Shown here: in pieces, positions 49,302-60,073 of the stretch
How the letters are laid out: every line of letters begins with the position of its first letter
How positions within the stretch are numbered: position 1 is the stretch's first letter
NCBI GenBank assembly: GCA_003614675.1
Contig: ML002245.1
Coordinates: forward strand, 1 to 60,073
Direction: 5' to 3'
DNA: 60,073 nucleotides
Origin: Dimargaris cristalligena
Lineage: Eukaryota
The notes under the pieces: generated by a model
Databases searched by the model: none
The model's input: only the letters and a program-made list of their open reading frames with translations
What the model was told of the DNA's origin: nothing
Position numbers and translations under genes: made by a program

Positions 49302-52300
49302 GACTGTAAAAAAATAAATAAGACGAGTAATAAAAAAGGGTGTGATTAAGGGTAGTGATAGAGCGGTTGACCAATAAAGCACGTCACAGTACAGTGGGTG
49401 TAGGTGTGACAAGAGAACAGTAGTAGTAGAACTATCAAAAGCAGCGCACCGGTTCAAAGGCCGTCAAAATTCGTGACGAATAGTAGAATTACAAAGGAGT
49501 AGAGAGAGAGAGAGAGGGGGGGTGGTAGCTACGACGAATGGAGGGACCAAGAGGGAGACAGAAATGAATTAAGGTATAATACAAGATATAAGGGAGGTCG
49601 AGAGAAAGAGGTATAGGGGGTGGGACTCGGTGTATCCTAGAGTGGAGAGTTTGGCTGAAGACGTTCGGAACAATAGACGAGGGAGAGTCGAATGAACAGG
49701 GGGTTATAGTTCGACAGGTTTAGACAAAGACGTCAAAGCGGAATAGTGATGTATGAGGGGGACCAAGGGTTGGAGGTAGTAGCACTTTGAAGTGACTCGC
49801 AGTGCCATGTCAAGTCAAGGGACGGGAACAAGCGACAATAGATAGGGGTTGATAAGGATAGGGAGATAAGCCGGATGACCGAAACAATGGCGGGGGAATT
49901 AAGGGAGGAGAGAGGGGAGCGGGTGAGACACTATAAATATGCGTATATGTAAACGATAAGGAGGGGGGCGGGTGGCTGATAAAGTAAAGACTAGTCAAGG
50001 ACCACGGTATATAAGACACTGGGTGTGTGAGAGGGTTCAGGTTTATACTAGTATCGTATAGGTAGATAGGTAAGTAAGCAGTTGGAGGCGGCGTTAAATT
50101 GGGCTAGAGAACTTTAACGCCGTAAGGGGCTGGGTGTGTGACACTAAGGGGGACGGAATGAGGGGGCTGCTTCGTAGGTGGACAGGATCGGCGTGGCACA
50201 AAAATTAAGGCGGAGTGGTAGTAGTGTAGAAGAAATGGAGGAATCTAAGGACTAGAGATCTATTAATGTAAAGAAACGCGGTTCGGTTTTGTCACCAAGT
50301 GAGTCAACGGCTATATAGGTTTGGTTGGGTTTGGGATATGTTGCTGATAAAAAGGGTGAATGAGTGTGTGTATCGCGCGGATATTACCGGAAGGAAAGCT
50401 CAGGAATCTGTCCGTAGCAACTCGAAAACGCCCAGTAATTTAGGGGTTGGAGAGGGGGGTGTATGAATAATAGGTCAAATCTACCACAATCAAAAGAGTG
50501 TGCGGCCAGGGAAATGCGAGTTAATAAACCACGCTAGACCAACAGGGAAAAGGGGTTGGTTTTATAGCCCGCGGCCTCCACCCAACCCTGAGTGGTCGGA
50601 AGTAATAGGGAGAGAAGAGAATTATGCGCATATTACCAGGGCTGTATTATATAATAGGGGAAGGGGATGTGTGATAGGAGGAGGAGGATTGTATGCGCAG
50701 GTAGCCCAAAATGAGGGGAGACAAAATAGGACAAGTGCCAATTAGGCCTGATGAAGCATGGAGATAAGCCATGATGATGGGCACAGTAGGGGGGAGAGAG
50801 GGCCCACGGCCGCCTCTTTTTCACCCTTTTCCGCTTTCTTTACCCCCTCCCCTTTTCCTTCTCGCACCTAATACGTGCCGGGCCCAGCCAATCACCACCA
50901 CAACGAATAGTGGGGGCCGATAAAGATGATGAAAGTGAAGACCACCGCCATTATTACTACTTTCCCTCCGAACGAATTAGATTTTACAGACAGGTACCCG
51001 CAATTATTGGGCGCCTCGAATTACGGGCGCTTAATCGATTACAGCGGCGGTGGGGTGGACGGGAGGGGGGGGTTCGTGAAGGAGTATATAGAAAGAGAGA
51101 GAGACACACACACAGAAGGAGCTGAAGGTGTTTAAACAGCGATAGTGGGCCATCTGGTTCCACCGCCCAAAATAGAAACATCGAGTAGTAAGGGTAAATG
51201 GACGGAAGTGAGAGAGAGGAGAACGTGCCTTTGCCCGGTTCGGATGGTTAGCCAATCGGATGAAGGCGATAACCAAAAGATGATAACCGAGATAGGGGCC
51301 CTGGATGAGGTGGGAAATAGCTTGACTGTGATGTATGTATGCATACATGCATACAAACACCCCCCCTTCTTTCACTATATTGTATGGTTATGGGCGTGTA
51401 TCCGCCCTGAAAACCCGCCCACCTGTTATTTACGTCGACCATCTCGCCTTTATCTGCCTGGTGGGCTTTAAATACATATACAACCTCTGGTGTGTCCAGC
51501 ATGAATAAATCGGTGGATGAATGCGGTTCTCAGGTGGGCTATGAATAAGTTGTTCGCCCCAGTTTGGTAGGGTTGTTCCGGCTTTCTCGCCTATATGTAT
51601 CATTCCTTGGCGTGGAACTTCCTCCCGATTGTTACACAGCCATCTAACTATTTTTAACCCCACCCTTCTCATTAGAAACACATACTGCATTGCCGTTCTA
51701 TTGTCTTACCCGTTCCGCCCTATTGTAATCTTATTCTTCTTTTATCCCCCCTATTATCCAAGAGAAGGTTCGTTATATACCCACAGCTATGGGTTGCCCG
51801 CTCAGACGGACTGCATCACGCTGGAACGACTTGCATGAATTGGCTCTCTCTCTCTCCTAGCCGGCGGGGGAGTGTGAAATCCGCGAAAACCGAGGCGTGT
51901 CCATCCACATTAAACATGGCCGGTCGGGTGGTATATAGGTAAGGGGGGGGGAAATATAATCGGACTTCCCCACCCATAAGTGCTAATCCTGGTCGCTGAG
52001 CTGGTTGCTTTGGTATGGCTTCTCTTGGGTCAGCCCGATATGGCCGATTAAACCCAAATTGACACTCAGGACAGCAGCACGCCACCAGGTGAAAATGGAT
52101 GGGTGGGCTCCGCCCTCAAACATTATACAGGTGGTCATATGGATTATAGCCCCTTAGGTAACCAGTTTGGCTCCACAGTCCATTCGCGTTCCCATTGTCA
52201 TTGGATACGGGATTCTTATCGCGCCATGTTTGGAGTGATCCATAATCACAACTACTCTTTGTGGGAGGAGGAAGTTGCCCAACCCACTTCTTAATCTATT

Positions 52301-55300
52301 TAGCTATGGTCGGCTTCGTTTGACTTGGGCCGTTGGTGTCTCTGGCTTATGTCTAGCAGACACACCACCCCTTTCTTCAGTTATTCATCGACCGCCGCCA
52401 TGGGGAATGGTTTGTGCACTCCAAGAGTAACAGCCGCGGTAAGGGGTATTGTCTAATACATCCATAGATTCGGCCCGATTGGGGATTTCACTCCTGACCC
52501 CCCAACAAGGACATATGCAGAGAAGAATCTATGCACACCTGTTCCATCGCCCCCAAAATGGAAATCGATATTATCTATTATCCAGTCCCCAAGGTCAGGT
52601 TGGCACGTCTAGCTGGTAAATGAAGAGTGGAGTGATGCTGGGGTATGGCGATCTGTATCAAGGGGAAAGGGAGAGAGAAAGATAAGTGGGGAACAGCTGG
52701 ATTCCTCTCCCTCTCTCTTTCCCTTCGTATTTGCTCCGTATCCGGTGTCCTTTGATTGACCAGTTCTTTAGATGGTTTCGCGATACGGGTTCACCCGAAC
52801 CAATGGCTGCTCTCCAGGCCCATGTGACGGGTGTGGTTTGGTTTAATAATCACCTATCTCTTTAATTGTATATATATATATATATATCCGATCCTATACC
52901 AAAATGTACCTCTGGGAAAATAGCGCGTGTGCATGCTTTAGGGGGCCTGGGGATGGGGATAGGGCAGTAGTTGTAGTCGAACGAGAGAAGAGTGCGACCC
53001 ACCTTTCCCCGCTGACCACTCCGCATCGCTGGGGCCTTTCTATGCCAGGTAGATCGTATTGCTCTTATACTATCAATCAATGAACTCAAAAGGTGTAAAC
53101 AGGGGGAATTACGTTGGATACGATCATGGATCCCAACCCATTGGTGAACTTATGTAAATTAAGAAGAGAGTGTGGGATAAATATACAGACTATCTTCTAC
53201 CTGGTTCGGGGGGGGGGGGTGAATGAAAAGCCGGTCAACACCATTCGACCTTCCACCCTCCTTATCGCCCAATTATTCTATAATCCCTAAAAACACCAAC
53301 CACAACGAAGGTACATTGTATGTTGTGCGCCCTGCCTGACCCCTATAATGCCATCACAGTTTATCCCACACTTTCCAATCATTTGTACCCCCCCCCTCCG
53401 TGCCACTCTAGAAGGACCCAGCCAGACAAGGTCTACCAGTCGGGTTTGTTGTTATAAGTCGCGGGTAGCTTCAGTTAGCGGCATTTCTACCATATTAAAA
53501 TCCGACTGGCTAGGTCAACTATGCCAATGAGATATATATTTAATAATGAGTGGCAACAATCATCTATTACCCGAACCGACTGTATTGATGGTTTTGCACC
53601 AGTCTCCGCCGTTCTCTTCCACCCGACTTTTCTGTTTGGCCCAGTGATGGTGAATGGGTTAGGCAATACTCCCATAAAATAGATCTACCAGGTAGTTCAT
53701 AATGCGTAGTATTACGCACGCCCTCCTCCTCTATTCACCAACTCGCAAGGCATTCTAGATTAATTACAGCCCGTCAATTGACCTCACAATATTGCTACTA
53801 TATGCAAATTTGAGGTAAACATCGCCGCCATATGCATTGTCCGATTGTTATGTATATTAAAAAAATGACAGTATCCATCCTACAAAAGAACCTGATTGAA
53901 TATATTCGGCCGTCTCACCCGATCGGCTGGGAATGGGGAGGGCATCCTCTCTTTTACCGGACCATACCGATTAATTAACCATGTACTTCGGTTCAAGAGT
54001 CCCCACCCCAACTTTCTCTCAGCTGGACGACCTGACAGGGCGTATAACTCCTTCGGCCGGGTGGCCTTAGCCATTTACTGTTAATTGGTTGGTCTAAGCT
54101 CACATTCCATATCACCATCATAGTTCTTAACCATAATACATATATAGTGTCCCTGTGATTACATTATTATGCTGATTCAACCTACCGTCAATGTCCGCTG
54201 TCAGACTCGCATACATAATTATGCCGGAAGGGTTGAAAATAGAGGCAGTACTTTACATTCCAGTGTATTGTCACTTTGGAAAAACCAGCTGAGCACTTCT
54301 GAAGTGGAGAGGGAGGGGGTGGATAGCTGGGGATGTAATGTGGCCAAACCAAGTCAGTTTAGTTTGGTTGCCCGGATCGAACACCATTATCCAGGGGTGC
54401 ACCCCAATAAGCAAATCCGGTAGAATACAGACACCTCACACATAGTGTAAGTGGCATCAGAGTGAGTCCATTTCAGACGCTTTAAGGCACTTTCTTGTTT
54501 CGGCCGAGACCCACCGGATTCCGTGCTGGCCAGGCTGTCCTGGTCAGGTAAAATACAGTACATATTACAGAGTACACCAAAGACGGTTGGATAGTGGGGG
54601 TGACGTACGTCTACGTTATTAGGATCATAAGTAATACAACTAAAGTGACTATGATCAACTAGGCTATTATAACATGAATGCTCCTGTTAGAAATTTATGT
54701 ATTGACTTATTCAGCAGTATAGATTGAGTACCCCATGGGGCTAACTGGATTGGATATTCCCAGTGGGACCTTTTATTGATGAAACTATACAGCCGAGGAT
54801 GTGTAAGTTTAAAGCAATTCGACACCCTTTTAGTAACCCAATGGGCCTGAAAAGGTCGCGTGGTCCACCGTTTACCCTAAATGCCCAAACCTCCCCACAA
54901 GTGAATTACACTATACATATATATATATATAAAGACTAGTACAGCGCCATATCGATAGCAAGCCATTACCATCGCTTCGCTTCACTCTAGTACAGTAACT
55001 GCATTGTTAATATGCCACCTTACTAAAGAGTACGACTCTAGCCGCGTCAAATCTTTTACATAATGCGAAGATTCGGAATATATAAATACGTATATACCCT
55101 TCGTTGGAACAACGTGCCTGTCCAACCGAGGTGGCGCCCGTACTTTTCCATATGCCTGTCCCCTCCATTTACGTTAGCAATGGTTATTATGCTTAAGACC
55201 AATGTGGGAGTTTTATTAAACTAAATGGAGAGGACGGATATCTCATTAAAACCATGCCATCTACGGGCCGAACTGGGATCCCAGTAACCTTTTTTGCAAC

Positions 55301-57371
55301 GTATACCGATGGGCGGAATGGGTGTTTATAGAAATATGCCGGTTTTGAATCAATATTTTGTTAGAGCTACTCCCATTCTAGTATCCGGAACTGTATCTCG
55401 AACCACTACTACCCAAATTTATGCTCCGGTTATTGGGGCTGACCTTAATTCCATCACTAATCTCATTACTCGTACCTCTATCCATTAGAATATATAACCC
55501 AATCTTTTTGGTATTGTTGGTCGAATCAGACATGTTAGATATAGGAGTTGGCGTGCAGATGTTAGAGAAAAGTCCGTATTCCCTAAATTCATATAGCACA
55601 GCCATTTCATAATACTACTAGGTGCGATGGGGTATTTATTGGCCGTGTAGGTTAACTATGGGTCAAGGTAAATGCTATCGGTAGTCCGTGGCTATTTAAT
55701 GGGTACCGAAGTCAGACAAAACCGTTCATTCGGGCTAGGCTGGTTAATGCTGTCTTATTATTGCCCCATAGGTTTTCAGCCAACCAGCATTACCACTAGG
55801 CAATATCCGGCTATATTAAAGGATCGCATCCCATTATATAGCTGAATTACTTGACATAAAGTTTAACCACAGAAGAAAAAACGCACCCAAATTATATAAA
55901 ACCAATCTTCACGTATACTCTCCCTACCAGTCTTTAATAACCCTTAAAAATAGGGATGTACGTATTAAAATGACACAACCAGTCAAGCGAGCCGAGTTAA
56001 TCAGTGGCGGATCCATACCTGTCGTATTGTCTGTTACACATTAATTTTAATTTATCCGGCTGCAAAGAATGCCCCCTCCCAACTCGCCCATTTGTATTCT
56101 ATTCCGTCCCTTCAGCAGATCTGTTGAATGGCTCCCATATCCCTGAATTGTATAAGGTCACAGAGAAGAGAGGGGCGATTCATATATACGGTCTTTTTGT
56201 AAAGGTAGCCAGCCCCTCTAATTAGTCGTCGTAGCCGAGCAATGGTGGATATGAGGATCTATAGTGTCCATCGGATTATAATCAATTTATATAAGCATGT
56301 CCATCCGAAGGTGTAAAAATAGAGTAATAAAGGAAGGTGGAGGAGATCCATTATTATTTGCCCCCTGGTGGGACATTAGACATAAAAAGTCCTAGTAAAG
56401 CGAATATATAGGCCAGGGTGCGCCTGTGGTGGGATACTATCGGAACTGGTCAGCCGCCACGGCATTCCCCACACCCTAGTGGATATGTCGCTTTTTAATA
56501 TCTCTAAAACTACTTTTTCTCGACCGCTACTCTGAATTATCTTCGCTTTACCCTAGCTAGGGCTTGCTCACGGATTCGGCCATTAGGCTATCAGGTATAT
56601 ACACATTGGTGGATGGGTTTAATCATCTATTTTCTATGAAATGTACCCCCGCTATTATTCGTATTACACTAATAGATGGCCAATGGTAGTTCATGGTCTG
56701 ATCAGCGCCATATTAATAACCAGCGCCTGTTCAATACTAGAAAAGATCGCCATTAGGGCCAGCGAAACGGCGAAAGCATAACCGCCCTCATTGCATTTAT
56801 CGCTTTTTAATATATCCGAAATTAAAAATTCCATTGTTTTACTAATCTCCTCGAAAATCACTTAATTGTCACCTTTACAACATTTCTTTGTCAGTACTGC
56901 TCATCAAGGAAAAGCCCATTATAATGTAAATAGTGGTGTGTTCTTGAAGGTAAATTTAATGGGGAGGAGGAGAACGTAGGACGTAGAAACGAGCGAACGG
57001 GACATGGGGTATGTCAGCAAGTGCACATCACCTCCACCGCTTACTTTTATAACTCCCATTGCATTCATTACTAGAGGCATTACAAAAGACAGCCACACAA
57101 TGAATCATTAACGAATAGGAAAATCCACAAAAAAAAAAGAGGGTGAGATGGGAAGGGGCGCGCGCGGGCTTGCTTAACCACCAATTGTGGGCATGGACAG
57201 TTAAGGGACACACATATCGATCAACTATCCCACCTTCGTTGTCCCCAAAATGAGAATTTATTTACACGATTTTCGGATTGTAGATGTCGCCCAGGCAGAC
57301 CTCTAGCTACAGGGAGTACGGGGGAGGGGAGGGTATTTACTATCGCCCTTGCCAAACCATTACTACGTCAT

Positions 57372-59411
57372 CTAAAGAGGAGAAGGTACGCGGATGAAAC
57401 TCTGGAGAAAAGCAGTTAGAGGTTTCACCTGGGCCGGCGATGCAGGGACGAAATGTCTAATATGTGTCAAATAGAAACCATAAATATGGGGATTAGTAGT
57501 TAGTTACACGCACACCTTCAGTGAACTTCGCCCGGGCGCTATATCCAGTCTAAATATAATATGTAAATAAAATAGGTGGCGAGCTTACCCTCCCGGATGG
57601 TACAACAGCTCCGGGTTCTTGAATGCATGACTGAGATTTTCACTCCGTTCTAAACATAAAATCACAAAGTTAATATAGACAATATGGTATGGTGAGACTG
57701 GGTTATTGCTTCATAACAACGGTAAATACAGGTCTCGTACCATCAATTAGGTCGGTAAATAACTATACCGCCGAGAAGAATGTGTAAAACGACACGGATA
57801 TGGCGCCTGTGGCCGAGAATAGAGCGGGGGCGGAAAAGACATTCCGGTAATCCGGGATTTGGGCTCTCATTGCCGCCTACCTGGAGCAATAATCACATCA
57901 CTTTGACCAATAACATGTAGAGAGGGGATCTCAACCGCCTCAGGTTGGTACAGTTGGGCGAGTTCCTTAACGTTAACCTGAAATCCACCATATAAGATAA
58001 CGAAACGGGGGAGTAGGCTGGGGTCGGAAACCTGGAAGTGGAAGTCGCTCGACGGGGCCACTCCCTTGAGGGCGGTTTTTTTTTGATCGGCTATAATAAG
58101 CAGCACAATGGCGACGATTGCAGCGCCTAGTATACGGGGATACGAGTAGGTAGGTAATAAGCCACGTCGTAACCCCCGAAAGTAAAAAAAAAAGTCGAAA
58201 TTGGTTAGTATCACGGTCGTGGACCACCTCGACTGACATCAACTGGTAACATTTTTACCCCTTAGTTAGCTATACACATAACTGTAAAGCAATTCATATA
58301 TGGATTAATAGCTGGACCGGGAAACTAACCTTGCGAAAAGCCGAGAATGCCGTCGAAAGGTCCCTGTATGGTTGAAATTCAAATGATGTCAACGTCCCAA
58401 AATAAAGCATTAGACCCGGTCGTGGCTCCATATAGGGCCTGGTTACGCAGTATTAAGGAAGCACCCTAAGCATATTGGGACGCTAGCCCATAATAATCAT
58501 CGGAAAATGAAGGAACTTACCATAGTTTCTAGGGCATACTTGATCGTATCTAGACACTTTTGAAGGTCGTGTAGACGATGGCCAGAGGCATCATTCGTAA
58601 CCCGAAACCAGCCCAACTTAGGTTCCTCTGGCAAACGAAAGGCCATTCATGTCGTGATGTTCAACATAATATATATATATATTAGTGGCGATTCACAAGT
58701 AAGTAGGCGGCATGAATCATATTATATCGATAATTCCGAATTAAAATCAATGGAGCATTCCACGTTGTAGCCATTATACATATTCTACAGTAGGATATGC
58801 GGTATGGATGTTATCAGCTAGGTTTTTTATGACTTTACAAATCGAGAATTAGCTTCTCGTATAATACTCACCTTTAACAGCCCCATCGCTGGCATTGTCC
58901 CTGGGCTCGTCCGAGGGGGACGCATGGGACAACTCCACGGGAAGCGGTGAGGAAATATACTCTATAGGGATTAATAAATAGGGAGAGTGTGGGTACGTCC
59001 ATTAGAAACAGCTCCGAAGGGATAGCAATTAATCGTCGCATATGTAGTCCTTATTTTTGGTAAACAACCCCCCTCTATACTACTAATAATCGGGCAAACT
59101 CCTCTTAATAAGGCAGGACAGAAGGTCCCCGGGTTTTTGGGGGACACTACTTATTCTTCTTCACAAAAATACCTTTGAATAAAAAAACCGGCCCGGCTTA
59201 ACTCAGCAGGTTGGGCTTGCTAATAAAAAAAAAGACTGGTTGCAGGATGAAGTCGGTGAGCAGAGCCAATGGGTAAGTAATTCATATATGCCTTACCGAA
59301 CTCGGCGACCTGCTTAAGACCCTTGCGAAGGGAACCCGTTTTGGCTCGGAAGACGGGTCCGCTCTGGACATAGCCGTGCAGACAGAGAATGCGAAGTTTA
59401 CCGTTGGTCAT
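57372..59411 (-). CDS. FSH1: FSH1/OVCA2-family serine hydrolase, ~245 aa, 7 exons
   Basis: Exons 59411-59297, 58961-58872, 58627-58521, 58363-58330, 58126-57881, 57649-57589 and 57456-57372. Motifs ILCLHGYVQSG, GPFDGILGFSQGA, PSLHVIGQSD and HPGGHFVP. Confidence 0.93.
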
Positions 59412-60073
59412 GGTGGATGAATAAGAATCGAATAAATAGTTTATAAGCGGAGGAAAGGGAATTCAAGCAGTTTGAGTGTGAGTCAATGGAATGGGGCAAT
59501 GTGAGGGGGTGCGTAAGGGGTGGGTGACTCGTCCAATAAGATAGGGCGTTAAACGACCATCAATGGGCGTAATAGATTATGTATGGCTGGGAAGAGGAGC
59601 ACTTTAGACACTAAGAAACTGACATCAACTAGACCATTTTTATACACAGCCAATGGCCTGTTATGGTCACAATTAATACCACAAGGTAATATAGCCTGAT
59701 AACCTTATTAGGGCCAACTGGAGCAGTCTCAGTCTAGTGGGAAAAACTAACCAACTAAGGGAAACGCACACTCGGTGGGGACAATTCTTATCCAATCTTC
59801 AGATAGGGACAACTAGGGCAACCAGGGATCACACAGGGATCCTTCTAGTATACAGCAGATAAGGCACAATGAATGGGCTTGGGCCGAATGAATGATAGGA
59901 ATAGAATAAGACCAGTGGATCGAAATAACTAACTGGTAGACTTATACTTAGTGTCAAAAAACTGCCTGTTTATTAGGAGAATACCCGACAGGTATTTATA
60001 TGAAAATGTAATAAAAAAGGCCACCAATATTGGTGGCTCTGAGAGTACTAAGTCTGGGGATATGCCCCAGACT

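Noticed and set aside
55152-55612. Possible decayed gene after the TATA-like sequence at ~55081
   Set aside because: It needs several stops and frameshifts to join and gives no recognisable protein.
59620-60073. Possible second eroded repeat at the window end
   Set aside because: It looks CpG-poor but retains several CpGs, is truncated by the window and has no recognisable TE peptide.

Overview
Eukaryotic, intron-containing genomic DNA (GT-AG introns with CTAAC/CTAAT-type branch points). The gene content and style fit a fungus, probably an early-diverging lineage; this is inferred, not established. By joining exons manually I can support about 17 protein-coding loci: two tandem paralogous signal-peptide/single-TM proteins, an F-box/LRR gene with a frameshift, head-to-head proteasome beta5 (PRE2) and beta6 (PRE7), RPS2, RMD1, a possible 71-aa orphan, an FAD-dependent oxidoreductase, SSU72, a small CRIB protein with a 16-nt microexon, SNF7, PITHD1, a peroxisomal APH/ACAD10-type kinase, an HSL-type esterase with a frameshift, an atypical Ser/Thr kinase and FSH1. 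The first ~1.9 kb is a degenerate repeat with no CpG at all. The most notable items, none of which the ORF track shows as such, are (1) a 132-aa SPEC/CDC42SE-like CRIB effector, (2) a ~280-nt self-closing structured RNA candidate in the RPS2 5'-UTR intron, (3) the beta5/beta6 bidirectional pair, (4) a PA-like-TM tandem pair without a RING domain and (5) the CpG-free transposon relic. No rRNA, tRNA or CRISPR array was seen. All exon structures were read by eye and need RNA-seq confirmation.
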